A stretch of DNA of 64,000 nt. Source: Eledone cirrhosa (taxonomy: Eukaryota). The position numbers and the translations under genes were made by a program. The DNA lies in assembly GCA_964016885.1 (NCBI GenBank), contig OZ024741.1:11346001-11410000 (forward strand), written 5' to 3'. The notes below the pieces were generated by a model. That model was not told the origin of the DNA, ran no database searches, and saw nothing but the letters and a program-made list of their open reading frames with translations. Each line of letters opens with the position of its first letter. Position 1 is the first letter of the stretch. Below, piece after piece: positions 1-12,198 of this stretch.

Positions 1-2300
1 GACAGGGTACAAACAGGGTACAGATAGGGTGTAGACAGGGTACAGACAGGGTGTAGGCAGGGTGTAGACAGGGTACAGACAAGGTGTAGGCAGGGTACAG
101 ACAGGGTCTAGACAGGGTGTTGACAGGGTACAGACAGGGTGTAGACAGGATGTAGAGACAGGGTACTGACAGGGTGTAGACAGGGTGTAGACAGGGTGTA
201 GACAGGGTGTAGACAGGGTATAGACAGGGTGTAGACAGGGTACTGACAGGGTGTAGACAGGGTACAGATAGGGTGTAGACAGGGTACAGACAGGGTGTAG
301 ACAGGGTGTAGAGACAGGGTACAGACAGGGTGTAGACAGGGTACAGACAGGGTGTAGACAGGGTGTACACAGGGTGTACACAGGGTGTAGACAGGGTACA
401 GACAAGGTGTAGACAGGGTGTAGACAGGGTACAGACAGGGTGTAGACAGGGTACAGACAGGGTGTAGACAGGGTGTACACAGGGTGTAGACAGGGTGTAG
501 ACAGGGTGTAGACAGGGTACTGACAGGGTGTAGAGAGGGTGTAGACAGGGTACAGACAGGGTGTAGACAGGGTAGAGACAGGTTACAGACAGGGTACAGA
601 CAGGGTACAGACAGGGTGTAGACAGGGATAGACAGGGTAGAGACAGGGTGTAGACAGGGTACAGACAGGGTGTAGACAGGGTACAGACAGGGTCTAGACA
701 GGGTACAGACAGGGTGTAGGCAGGGTACAGACAGGGTACAGACAGGGTACAGACAGGGTGTAGACAGGGTACAGACAGGGTGTAGACAGGGTGTAGACAA
801 GGTACAGACAGGGTGTAGACAGGGTACAAACAGGGTACAGATAGGGTGTAGACAGGGTACAGACAGGGTGTAGGCAGGGTACAGACAGGGTGTAGACAGG
901 GTGCAGACAGGGTGTAGGCAGGGTGTAGACAGGGTACAGACAAGGTGTAGGCAGGGTACAGACAGGGTGTAGACAGGGTGTAGACAGGGTACAGACAGGG
1001 TGTAGACAGGGTACAGACAGGGTGTAGACAGGGTGTAGACAGGGTACAGACAGGGTACAGACAAGGTGTAGACAGGGTACAGACAGGATGTAGACAGGGT
1101 ACAGACAGGGTGTAGGCAGGGTACAGACAGGGTGTAGACAGGGTACAGACAGGGTGTAGACAGGGTACAGACAAGGTGTAGGCAGGGTACAGACAGGGTG
1201 TAGACAGGGTACAGACAGGGTGTAGGCAGGGTACAGACAGGGTGTAGACAGGGTACAGACGAGGTGTAGACAGGGTACAGACAGGGTGTAGACAGGGTAC
1301 AGACAAGGTGTAGACAGGGTACAGACAGGGTGTAGACAGGGTACAGACAGGGTGTAGGCAGGGTACAGACAGGGTGTAGGCAGGGTGTAGACAGGGTACA
1401 GATGGGGTACAGACAAGGTGTAGACAGGGTGTAGGCAGGGTACAGACAGGGTGTAGACAGGGTGTAGACAGGGTACGGACAGGGTGTAGATAGGGTGTAG
1501 ACAGGGTACAGACAGGGTACAGACAGGGTGTAGACAGGGTGTAGACAGGGTGTAGACAGGGTGTAGACAGTGTGTAGACAGGGTGTAGACAGGGTACAGA
1601 CAGGGTGTAGACAGGATGTAGAGACAGGGTGTAGACAGGATGTAGAGACAGGGTACTGACAGGGTGTAGACAGGGTGTAGACAGGGTGTAGACAGGGTAC
1701 AGACAGGGTGTAGACAGGGTGTAGACAGGGTATAGACAGGGTGTAGACAGGGTACTGACAGGGTGTAGACAGGGTACAGATAGGGTGTAGACAGGGTACA
1801 GACAGGGTGTAGACAGGGTGTAGAGACAGGGTACAGACAGGGTGTAGACAGGGTACAGACAGGGTGTAGACAGGGTACAGACAGGGTGTAGACAGGGTGT
1901 ACACAGGGTGTAGACAGGGTGTAGACAGGGTACAGACAAGGTGTAGACAGGGTGTAGACAGGGTACAGACAGGGTGTAGACAGGGTGTAGACAGGGTAGA
2001 GACAGGGTGTAGATAGGGTACAGACAGGGTGTAGACAGGGTACAGACAGGGTGTAGACAGGGTGTAGATAGGGTAGAGACAGGGTGTAGATAGGGTACAG
2101 ACAGGGTGTAGACAGGGTGTAGACAGGGTACAGACAGGGTGTAGACAGTGTGTAGACAGGGTAGAGACAGGTTACAGACAGGGTACAGACAAGGTGTAGA
2201 CTTGGTGTAGACAGGGTACAGACAGGGTAGAGACAGGGTACAGACAGTGTGTAGACAGGGTAGAGACAGGGTACAGACAGGGTGTAGACAGTGTGTAGAC
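1..2300. repeat. 11-bp minisatellite (GACAGGGTGTA / GACAGGGTACA), truncated by window start
   Basis: Direct tandem 11-mers with two dominant variants and occasional 13-bp (+GA) units; ~205 copies in window. Confidence 0.97.
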
Positions 2301-2394
2301 GAACAATTTTACACCAAGTAAATAAATTGAGTTAACCATTTTTTCTTATCATCATCATCTAAGATCTGTTTCCCTTGCTAACAAAAGTTATCAT

Positions 2395-2680
2395 CATATT
2401 CATCGTCATCGTTTTAATGTCCACTTTCCCTGCTAACAAGGGTTGGATGGGTCTATATAGACCAAGTCAGTACTGAAGCAGTGTTCCCTGATGTCGTGGA
2501 CAAGCCAGGGATATGTCATCTCATGTTCTACTGAGTGCACAAAGGAGGTTGTCATACCTTTGAAACAACTGAGTCTTCCCAACCCTTTGACTGGCAGGTT
2601 TTCTATGGCTGGATGCCCTTCATAACACCAACCTCATTTACAGTGTGGACTGGGAGGTTTTTACTGTGTTACCTACATGG
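2395..2680 (-). mobile_element. SINE-like element with RTE-type 3' tail and Meta-domain-like core
   Basis: (CAT)n tail plus GTTTTAATGTCCACTTTCC...GGGTTGGATGGG resembles the reverse complement of the RTE 3' end at 62713-62755; GCTGGATGCCCTTCATAACACCAACCTCATTTACAGTGTGG is nearly identical to the segment at ~63148-63188. Confidence 0.6.
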
Positions 2681-2879
2681 CCACATTATAGCATGGACTG
2701 TGTTTTTACGTTGTGACACCTACACGATCTCGATTTCATTAATTTGGACTGGATGTTGTGGTACCAACTTTACAGAGAAAGGGTGATGTTGGTGGGAGTG
2801 GGAGGATGGAGTAGGGGTAGTGAGGTGAGTGGGGTGTATATTTGGTTAAGAGGTGCCTACTGACTATAGGTTTCGCTTT

Positions 2880-3250
2880 GTACATAGGCAAGGCGGGTCT
2901 TCTATATTACTGCGTGGCACCAAAGATCTCGGTCCAGTGACTTTGTCTTAAAGAGGTGCAATTGTGTAAGGTCGGAATTTATGAAATCGTGCCAGGTTTT
3001 TCTGGGTCTACCTTTTCAAAATGGTAAAATGACTTGTTCCATGCAGTTAATGTTTCATGATAACATATTAACACTTAAAGAACTTATCTGAGAAACACAG
3101 CAAAAGTTGAAGAACATGGAGTATTTCAGAATATACACTCGTTCTGCCTTGCTGCTGTCTTTAACTTACCTTCGTAGCATTTCTATTGGCGTAGTTGACA
3201 CAGGCATTGTGGCTTTGATTCAACCATTGCCATATAATTGTCTTGGGAAT
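2880..3250 (-). mobile_element. Decayed RTE-like LINE C-terminal fragment
   Basis: Minus strand near 2955-3012 reads GRPRKTWHDFINSDLTQLHL, the GRP..TW motif of RTE C-termini; boundaries approximate. Confidence 0.45.
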
Positions 3251-3300
3251 GGTCGGATTAGGAAGCAGCATTCCGACAACCTGTTGGATAAATCGAAGCA

Positions 3301-3408
3301 AGTAGTAGTAGTAGTGGTAGTAGTATAGTAGTAGTAGTAGTAGTAGTAGTAGTAAAAGCAGTGGTAGTAGTAGTAGTAGAAGCAGCGGTAGTAGTAGTAG
3401 AAGCAGCG

Positions 3409-3446
<38 letters not shown>

Positions 3447-3462
3447 GGTGGTGGTAGTATTA

Positions 3463-3493
<31 letters not shown>

Positions 3494-3703
3494 CAGCAGT
3501 AGTGGTAGTGGTGGTGGTAGTAGTAGTAGCAGCAGTAGTAGTAGTAGTAGTAGTAGCAGTAGTAGTAGTAGCAGTAGTAGTAGTACCTGTAGTAGCAGTA
3601 GTAGTAGTAGTAGTAGTAGTAGTAGCAGCAGCAGTAGTAGCAGTAGTAGCAGCAGTAGTAGCATTAGTAGTAGTAGTAGCAGTAGTTGTAATAGTAGTAG
3701 TAG
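3301..3703. repeat. (TAG)n microsatellite with TGG/CAG interruptions
   Basis: Direct trinucleotide run; source of the poly-V/L/T ORFs. Confidence 0.98.
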
Positions 3704-3716
3704 TCCTTCCCATTTG

Positions 3717-6700
3717 AGGACTATCTATTCATTTTTGGACTAGCAATCCATTTTTAGACAAACAATGCATTTTTTTTACTAATAATCCATTTCTGGACAA
3801 ACTCACCATATTTTGGACTAACAATCCATTTTTGGACTAGCAATTCATTTTTGGACTAGCAATTCATTTTTGGACTAATGATCCATTGTTTGGACTAGCA
3901 ATCCATTTTGGGACTACCAATCCATTTTGGGACTAGCAATCCGTTTTAGGACTAACAATCTATTTTGGGACAAACAATCTATTATTGGCCAAACTCACCA
4001 ATTTTGGAAAGGCAATCCATTTTGGGCCAAACACTCCATTTTTGGACTATCAATCCACTTTTGGGACAAACTGGCCATTTTTGGAATGGCAATCTATTTT
4101 TGGACTAGCAATCCTTTTTGGGACTAGCAATCCCTTTTTGGATTATCAATCTATTTTTTTTACTAACAATCAATTTTTAGACAAACTCGCCATTTTGGGA
4201 CTAGCAATCCATTTTTTAAAGCTAATAATGCGTATTTGAATTATCAATCCATTTTTAAAACTAACTATCCTTTTTGGGGATTAGCAATCCGTTTTAGAGT
4301 GTCAATCCATATTGGGACAAACTCGCCATTTTCAGACTAACAATCCATTTTTCCATTAGCAATCCATTTTTCGATTAGTAATCTATTTTTGGAGTAACAA
4401 TCCATTTTTGGACTAGCAATCCATTTGTTGGACTAACAATCCATTTGTTGGACTAACAATCCATTCTTGGACTAACAATTCATTTTTTCTAATATCAATC
4501 CATTTGGCGACTATCAATCCAGTTTTTGGACTAGCAATCCATTTTTAGACAAATTTGCCATTTTTGGACAAACATGCCATTTTGGGACTAGAAATCCATT
4601 TTTAGACTAGCAATCCATTTTTGGACTAGCATTCCATTTTAGGATTAACAATCCATTTTTGGATTATCAATCCATTTTTTTTTGGACTAAAATCCATTTT
4701 TTTTTTACTAGCAATCCATTTTTGGACAAACCCTCCATTTTCAGACTAGCAGTCCATTTTGTGGAGTATCAATCCATTTTTGCACAAAAATATCATTTTT
4801 CGACTAACAATCTATTTTTGGACAAATTGGCCATTTTGGAATGGCAATCTATTTTTTGACAAGCATTCCTTTTTTGGACTAGCAATCCTTTTTTGGACCA
4901 CCATTGCATTTTTGTACTAGAAATCCATTTTTAGACTAGCAATCCATATTTGGACTATCAATCCATTTTTGAAATTCCATTTCAACCTCACCATTTTCAG
5001 ACTAACAATCCATTTTTGGACTAGCAATCTATTTTTGGATTAGTAATCCATTTTTGGCCTAACAATCCATTTTTGCACAACCTCTCCACTTTCAGACTAA
5101 CAATCCATTTATTGGACTAACAATCTATTTCTGGACAAACTCGCCATATTTGGACTAATAATTAATTTGTTTAATATCAATCCATTTTGGGATTATCAAT
5201 CCACCTTTTCGACTAACAATCCATTTTGGACTAGCAATCCATTTTTGGACAATCTCGCCATTTTTGGACAAACATGCCACTTTTGGACAAACATGCCACT
5301 TTTGGACTATCAGTATATTTTTGAACTAATAATCCATTTTTGGACTAGCAATCGATTTTTGGACAGCTTCACCATTTTCAGACTAACAATCCATTTTTGG
5401 ACTGCCAATCTATTTTTGGATTAGTAATCCATTTTTGGACAACATCACCACTTTCAGACTAACAATCCATTTTTGGACTAGCAATCTATTTTTTTTACTA
5501 TCAATCCGTTTTTGGACTAGCAATATATTGTTGGACTAGCAATCCGTTTTTGGACTAGCAATATATTGTTGGACTAGCAATCCATTTCTGGACAAACTCG
5601 CCATATTTGGACTAACAATTAATTTTGTGAATATCAATCCATTTTAGACTAGCAATCTATTTTTGGACAAACATGCCATTTTTGTAAAATCAATCCTTTT
5701 TTGGACTAAATTCATTTTTAGACTATCAATCCATATTTGGACTAGCAATCCATTTTTGGACTAGCAATCCATTTTTGGACTAGCAATCTATTTTTTTTAC
5801 TATCAATCCGTTTTTGGACTAGCAATATATTGTTGGACAAACTCGCCATATTTGAACTAACAATTAATTTTGTGAATATCAATCCATTTTGGACTAGCAA
5901 TCTATTTTTGGACAAACATGCCATTTTTGGACTAGAAATCCATTTTTGGACAAACTCGCCAATTTTCGAATAGAAATCCATTTTTGGACTAGCAATCCAT
6001 TTTTGTAAAATCAATCCATTTTTGGACAAATACTCCATTTTCAGACTAGCAATCCATTTTCTAGAGTATCAATCTATTTTTAAACTAACTATGCATTTTT
6101 GGACTAACAATCCATTTTTGGATTATCAATCTATTTTTTTTTTTTACTAACAATCCATTTTTAGACAAACTCGCCATTTTGGGGCTAGCAATCCATTTTT
6201 GTATTTGGACCGTCAATCCATTTTTAAAATTAACTATCCTTTTGGGGGATTAGCAATCCGTTTTTGGAGAGTCAATCCATTTTTGGACAAACTCGCCATT
6301 TTCAGACTAGCAATGCATTTTTTGGACTAGCAATCCATTTTGGATTAGTAATCCCTTTTTTTATCAACAATTCGTTTTTGGACTAACAATTTATTTTTGG
6401 ACAAGCAATCCATTTTTTCGACTACTAATCTATTTTTGGACTAGCAATTCGTTTTCTGCACTAACAATCCGTTTTTGGATTATCAATCCATTTTTTGGAC
6501 TAACAATCCATTTTTGGACTAACAACCCATTCTGGGAAAAACTTGCCATTTTTGAACTGGCAATCTATTTTTGGACTGGTGTTCTATTTTTGGAATATCA
6601 ATCCATTTTTGTACTAGCAATCCATTTTTGACTAACAATCTATTTTTAGACTAGCAATCCATTTTTGGACTGGCAATACATTTTTGGACTAACAATCCAT

Positions 6701-6782
6701 TTTTGGATAGACTTGCCGTTTTGGGACTAACAATCCATTTTTGAACTAGCAATCCATTTTAGGACTAGAAATCGATTTTTGA
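3717..6782. repeat. Diverged ~19-bp minisatellite (GGACTAGCAATCCATTTTT; variant GGACAAACTCGCCATTTTT)
   Basis: ACTAGC recurs at 5741, 5760 and 5779 (19-bp period); ~160 units with variable T-run length. Confidence 0.95.
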
Positions 6783-7061
6783 AAAAGCACTCAATTTTTT
6801 ACTGACCCCTCATATTTCTACTACATCTGTAGACTACGATCCCCTCCTGTCTTTAGTCTAAACCTCTCCCCATTCTCTTTCATTTTTCCCCACCACCACC
6901 ATCTTGCCACTTGTGGTCTACCACCATATGATCTGTGGGTCGTGGCTGACCTGGGGTTCAACAACAACAATCTAAACTATAATAAAGGAAGGTCTGAGGG
7001 ACTGCGTACGGTTTTTTTTTACCCCGTTAGTAAAATAAGTTGGATTATTTTGAATAAATAA

Positions 7062-7155
7062 TTGTTTCTACTTTAGGCACAAGGCCAGCAATTACCCAGT
7101 GCATTACTGGTACTTTATTTTATCGACCCCGTAAGGATGAAAGGCAAAGTCAACC
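7062..7155 (-). mobile_element. 5'-truncated Nin/Deu-domain-type SINE
   Basis: Near-identical to 8333-8426; core GGTACTTTATTTTATCGACCCCGTAAGGATGAAAGGC. Confidence 0.75.
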
Positions 7156-7426
7156 TGAATGAATATTACATAATTCATCTACTAAATTTCGTGGCTGTTC
7201 ATTAAATATATTTTATCTACTAAAAATAATTTCGTAAAAATAAATAATTTAAAATTGACTTCTTTTCAAAATTGCACTTCCGCTATATCGTCGCCACCAC
7301 CATCACTTCAACTACCATATATATAGAAAGAGAGAGTGTGTGATGTCAATACTTCCGGTGGCGATCGCTTAAATAAACATACTAATTTTCTGTCACTAAT
7401 TTTCTCCTAATGCCGTTTATATATAA

Positions 7427-7454
7427 CTAGCAGCTGAGCCCGGTTGCACCCGGG
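7427..7454 (-). mobile_element. Helitron-like 3' terminus
   Basis: Minus strand reads CCCGG-GTGCAA-CCGGG hairpin, 8 nt, then CTAG followed by T, which is canonical Helitron 3'-end geometry; the 5' end was not located. Confidence 0.6.
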
Positions 7455-7719
7455 GCCACTTTTTAAGTTAATAATTTGAAAAATATTATTGAAAGTTTAT
7501 TATAAAGAAGCAGTTTCAGGAAAAAAAATAGAAATATGCCCTTGGGGCTGGACGGCGTACAATGAGAAGTGGAGCGACGTGAAAAGCGTTGTTTATTAAC
7601 AGCGAAATAGCAATGTCGATGATATGCAATTTGAAAAATACTACTTACTGTTAGTGGTGGTTAACATGTATTAAAATTAAAATAAAAACACGCGTCCCTT
7701 CTTCGCAATTTAAGGGTTT

Positions 7720-8231
7720 GGCGATACTTGGGTTTAGTGTCCTAAATTATCATCATCGACATTCAATTATTAGCTCCACCCACTACACGATACGTCATGA
7801 CACGTCATCAGCTGCTGCTGCGGCTTGATTTTTACATGTTCATTTTCTTACATGCTTCATTTTTACACGAAAAAACATTGAATTTTTAGAATAAATATTT
7901 ATTAAAATATTAACAGAGAAAATTAGATTTTTTATTTATTTTTTGAACAAAATAAATATTTATTTACGGTTTTTCACAGAAAAACTATGCTTCATTTTTA
8001 CATGAATATTTATTTACAGTTTTTAACAGAAAAAAAAATTGCTGCGAAATACATTTTTTTTAAAACAGATTTACAGTTTTTAACAACAGAAAAAAAATTT
8101 ATTTAAACAATATATTGTTGCGATATACAGTTTAAAATTTGTTCGAAACATTTACCTTCGTGACGTAGTGGGTGGAGCTAATAATTGAATGTCGATGGTG
8201 ATAATTTAGGACACTAAAACCAAGTATCGCC
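7720..8231. mobile_element. 512-bp non-autonomous DNA transposon (MITE), Merlin-like
   Basis: 67-bp TIRs (7720-7786 / 8165-8231, 2 mismatches) starting GGCGATAC; perfect 8-bp TSD AAGGGTTT at 7712-7719 and 8232-8239; AT-rich interior. Confidence 0.85.
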
Positions 8232-8331
8232 AAGGGTTTTATTTCTTTTGATTGAAAACAGTGACCGTACTGCATAATCGATTTCCTGTATAATATCAAT
8301 ATGCACACTACACATGCTAGTAGTAAATATA

Positions 8332-8511
8332 ATTGTTTCTACTTTGGGCACAAGGCCAGCAATTACCCAGTGCATTACTGGTACTTTATTTTATCGACCC
8401 CGTAAGGATGAAAGGCAAAGTTAACCTCGGCGGGATTTGAACTCAGACCATAAAGGGCTGTAACTCTATGCTTCAAAGCATGGCGTCCGACCCTCTACCG
8501 ATACTGCCAAT
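8332..8511 (-). mobile_element. tRNA-derived SINE with Nin/Deu-type core
   Basis: Minus strand has A-box-like TGGCAGTATCGGTAGAG, B-box GAGTTCAAATCCC, core GCCTTTCATCCTTACGGGGTCGATAAAATAAAGTACC and an AT tail. Confidence 0.8.
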
Positions 8512-8634
8512 CCACAGCTCACAGCAATGAAGGTTTAGCTGGTTTTTGTGGCTTCACATCACAGGAGGTTTCTTGGCTGTTTTAATAATTGGGACCCCAG
8601 TCATATCAAGAAAAACGTTTCAATGAATAATCAT

Positions 8635-8723
8635 AGTTAAGAACACAATACACTAGCCAAGGATTCAACTCATCACCCTATGATTGTGGTTGCAGCACCC
8701 TAACCACTGGTCTGTGCACCTCC
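8635..8723 (-). mobile_element. tRNA-derived SINE head (CORE-type), fragment
   Basis: Minus strand CAGTGGTTAGGGTG...GAGTTGAATCC resembles pol III A/B boxes; similar in layout to 63815-63958. Confidence 0.5.
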
Positions 8724-9038
8724 ACTGAACAACAGTAAATAGTAAAGTAATGAACATAAGAGTTGAATACTTACAAATGGGGTCCCAAAAGGCACAAACC
8801 CTGCAAAGAAGGGAAAAAGAACATGTGATTAACAGACTCATATATGATTATTTTAACCATTGCTCTCAATTTACCATATATGGAAGTGGAAAGAGAGAGA
8901 AAAAGAGAGTAGAAGGGTGAGGTAAGGGAAGGTGAGTGGATGCAAAAGCTACATAGTGTCAAAGAATGGTGTCAGAGAAATGGGGGGAGGTTGTGAGATT
9001 CAAGTCAGGTGACAAAATAGATTAGTAGGGTGGTGCCT

Positions 9039-9417
9039 GTGACCTCAAATATAAGGTACCTATTGCTAGTGACTTCAAATATATGGTACCTATTGATAGT
9101 GACCTCAAATATAAGGTACCTATTGCTAGTAACCTCAAATATAAGGTACCTATTGCTAGTGACCTCAAATATATGGTACCTATTGCTAGTGACCTCAAAT
9201 ATAAGGTAACTATTGCTAGTGACCTCAAATATAAGGTACCTATTGCTAGTGACCTCAAATATATGGTACCTATTGATAGTGACCTCAAATATAAGGTACC
9301 TATTGCTAGTGACCTCAAATATATGGAATTAATTGCTAGTGACTTCAAATATAAGGTACCAATTGTGAGTGACCTCAAGGAACAAATTGCTTAGTGACCT
9401 CAAATATAAGGAACCCA
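9039..9417. repeat. 30-bp minisatellite (GTGACCTCAAATATAAGGTACCTATTGCTA) x ~12.5
   Basis: Exact 30-bp periodicity, degenerating at the right end; detached partial copy at 9637-9658. Confidence 0.96.
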
Positions 9418-9713
9418 ATTAAGGTCCATTGCCAGGCTTTGGTGCTAAGGAGGGCAGGGCCTTAAGAACATTCTGGGTAGGCACTTTAATTTACAATAGT
9501 TCCGAGGCAAAGTTTTGGAATAAGGATATCACTTTAAATTTTCTACAACTGAAGGTGTTGTAAAGTAGGGGGTAGGCAGTGACATCCAGTGCTCTCCCCA
9601 ACCCTCCTTGGTGATGAGGCCTGAACCCCTTGCCAATGACCTCAAATATAAGGAACCCCCAAAAGACTACTAGCACTCCCTTCTTCGCCTCCTCCTCCTT
9701 CCAGCTTTGTTAA

Positions 9714-9917
9714 CCCTTTATATATACTATGGTATTTTCACAGTAGAGGATTTATTTTACTTAATTATATCACATAATATCGAATCTCTGAGATTTTGGT
9801 ATTATTTATTTTGAGAACACTACCTTAACATCAGTATGAGTGGCAAGTTACAGCCGGTTTAAACAGAAAGAAGTGAGAGAATTCTGGCTGGATATGACCG
9901 GTTTAAATGCGAAAGGG
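9714..9917. mobile_element. piggyBac-like MITE
   Basis: TTAA|CCCTTT ... AAAGGG|TTAA termini; the TIR match is short. Confidence 0.55.
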
Positions 9918-10199
9918 TTAAACTCACAAGTTTGGTCAACCTTTCAAAGATCAGTCACATTCTATAGTAACAACAACAAGACTATCAATATCACATTACC
10001 ATACTGTAAATAAGCCCATACATGACTGCATGATCTGCTAGAAATAGCAGTCAAATCTTTCCCAAACACCAGCCTATCATCATATAAAAAGAAAAGACAC
10101 AGATTAATGTAGTTTAGAGTATATTACACATGAAAAAAGAAAGAGAGGATAGTCATGGTTGGAAGACCTTTGATCATAGGTGTCAGTTAGTTCAGGGCT

Positions 10200-10925
10200 G
10201 ACATGGAACCACAACACCATATTATTAACCATCTTGCCAACAACAACCCTGAGTGCCTTTTTGATTTCCATGTGTCTAACACACATGGGCATGCCATCAA
10301 AGTCAGAAAACAGCACAGTTCCCATGACTTTCAGAAATATTTTTTCACATTCAGAGTTGCTGAAACATGGAACAAACTACCTGCATCAGTTGTTACCTGC
10401 CGAGACACTGTATCCTTTAAAACCTCCATGGAACAAACTACCTTCTTCAGTTGTTAGCTGTCGAGACACTGCATCCTTTAAAACCTCCATGGAGCAAATT
10501 ACCTGCATCAGTTGTTAGCTGTCGAGACACTGCATCCTTTAAAACCTCCATGGAGCAAACTACCTGCATCAGTTGTTAGCTGTTGAGACACTGCATCCTT
10601 TAAAACCTCCATGGAACAAACTACCTGCATCAGTTGTTAGCTGTCGAGACACTGCAACCTTTAAAACCTCGATGGAGCAAACTACCTGCATCAGTTGTTA
10701 GCTGTCGAGACACTGCATCCTTTAAAACCTCCATGCTTCCTGAGATTCACCACCACTACACCTGATATCCACCCCCCCCTCCATACATACGCACACATGT
10801 ATATCATAACTCATACACTGCTCACTTTCCTGACATTTGTACATTATTCTATATACAATACATGCACCTTTGATGAGTTGTAGTGCACCTGAGCACTGTA
10901 CACAATAATTTCATTATTTTTATTA
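10200..10925 (+). mobile_element. CR1/L2-group LINE 3' end
   Basis: ORF 10203 reads NTHGHAIKVRKQHSSHDFQKYFFTFRVAETWNKLPASVV..SFK, matching the TRGH..K..FF..RV...WN.LP..VV...SFK C-terminus of CR1/L2 RTs; followed by a 3'UTR and ATT-type tail. Confidence 0.8.
10366..10735. repeat. 61-bp tandem repeat x6 inside the LINE ORF
   Basis: Unit starts at 10366, 10427, 10488, 10549, 10610, 10671; terminal CATG at 10732. Confidence 0.95.
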
Positions 10926-11012
10926 TGACATGTTAGCTAACCACTATAACTATATACACAACACATGTTTACTAATAAATCATGGTAGAGCCAGTAATAC
11001 AGGAATAATAAT

Positions 11013-11343
11013 AATTGTTTCTACTTTTGGCACAAGGCCAGCAATTATCCCAGTGTATTACTGGTACTTTATTTTATTGACCCCGTAAGGATGAAAGGCA
11101 AAGTTAACCTCGGCGGGATTTGAACTCAGAATGGCAAGGACCATAACTCTATGCATCAACAACAATTTGGGGGGAGGGGAAAGTCGACTAAATCGACCCC
11201 AGTGCATTACAGGTACTTTATTTTATCGACCTCATAAGGATGAAAGGCAAAGCTAACCACGGTGGGATTTGAACTCAGAATTTAAAGGGCCATAACTCTA
11301 AGCTGTGAAGCATGTTATCTGAAGCTCTACCGATACTACCAAT
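11013..11343 (-). mobile_element. Two tandem Nin/Deu-type SINE copies (approx. 11013-11158 and 11161-11343)
   Basis: Two GGTACTTTATTTTAT..GACC..TAAGGATGAAAGGCAAAG...GGGATTTGAACTC blocks. Confidence 0.78.
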
Positions 11344-11352
11344 ACACTTCCA

Positions 11353-12198
11353 TAATAATAATAATAATAATTTCCTTATTGGTCACAAGGGCCGACATAT
11401 AGAGGACATTACAAAAGGCAAGGACAATGGACGGGTATACAATGAAATTGAGTAAACAATATAAAAACAATAACAATAAACAATATAATTATAACAATAC
11501 AAATTTCACAATGGGGGGGTACCACTCAGTGGTGACCCAGGAACCCCACCAGTTTTAAACCATCCAACGCTCCAAGAGCACCCAAGGAGGGCACCCTTCT
11601 CCTCTCCAAATCAGCCAACCTACAGGCACATGGTCAGAGTAAGCCCATTCACATGAGCCATCCACACAGCATTCACCCACCTTTTAGCAAATGTAATGGT
11701 GGGGGGGGCAGCACTTCTCTCTCCACCCTCACCTTCCTTTTCAAAGTGGAATTTGAAAAAGTTGATGAGGGATTAGTGGAAGAGAAAAGTGTCTGTCTTA
11801 AGTCCTTTCAACATAGTCCACCAAACAACCTCTATCACTACAGCCACCAGGCAGAGGAAAACTGCCTGCCTATCTCGGTCAAAAGAAGGTGGTGGTGTGA
11901 TCATCACTATGGACTAGGTTGATAGTGAAGATCACTCCACCAACAGACCTGTTCAACACATGATAACAGCTGTTCAACATAACTCCACAAGTCAGTAATG
12001 CACTAACACTGGGTGAGTGCATGCATCTCGGACAGGTCCATCTGACAGCACTTCCATGCCTGTACAGTTTATCTTGGGCTAGCAGTGGCCCCTGGTAGCA
12101 CTGCCAATCAAGAGATTTCTGGAAGTTATCCTTAATCCTAGCTCAGAAGTCCTCCAGAACAGACTGGTAAGTTCGATTTCATCGACACCCTGAGCATC
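11353..12198 (-). mobile_element. Decayed L1/Tx1-type LINE 3' end
   Basis: Minus strand gives CPRC / HALTQC*CITDLWSYVEQLLS (zf-RVT-like) and QAVFLCLVAVVIEVVWWTMLKGLKTDTF; stops and frameshifts present; (TTA)n tail at 11353-11370. Confidence 0.7.

Noticed and set aside
108-1904. 598-aa Cys/Pro-rich ORF and overlapping 240-aa ORF
   Set aside because: Stop-free reading of the 11-bp minisatellite's minus strand; no unique sequence or gene structure
3161-3717. Mucin-like or transmembrane poly-T/V/L ORFs
   Set aside because: Translations of the (TAG)n microsatellite
9022-9394. Repeat proteins on both strands (LRR-like RSLAIGTLYL)
   Set aside because: An in-frame 30-bp minisatellite; the ORFs are essentially confined to the array
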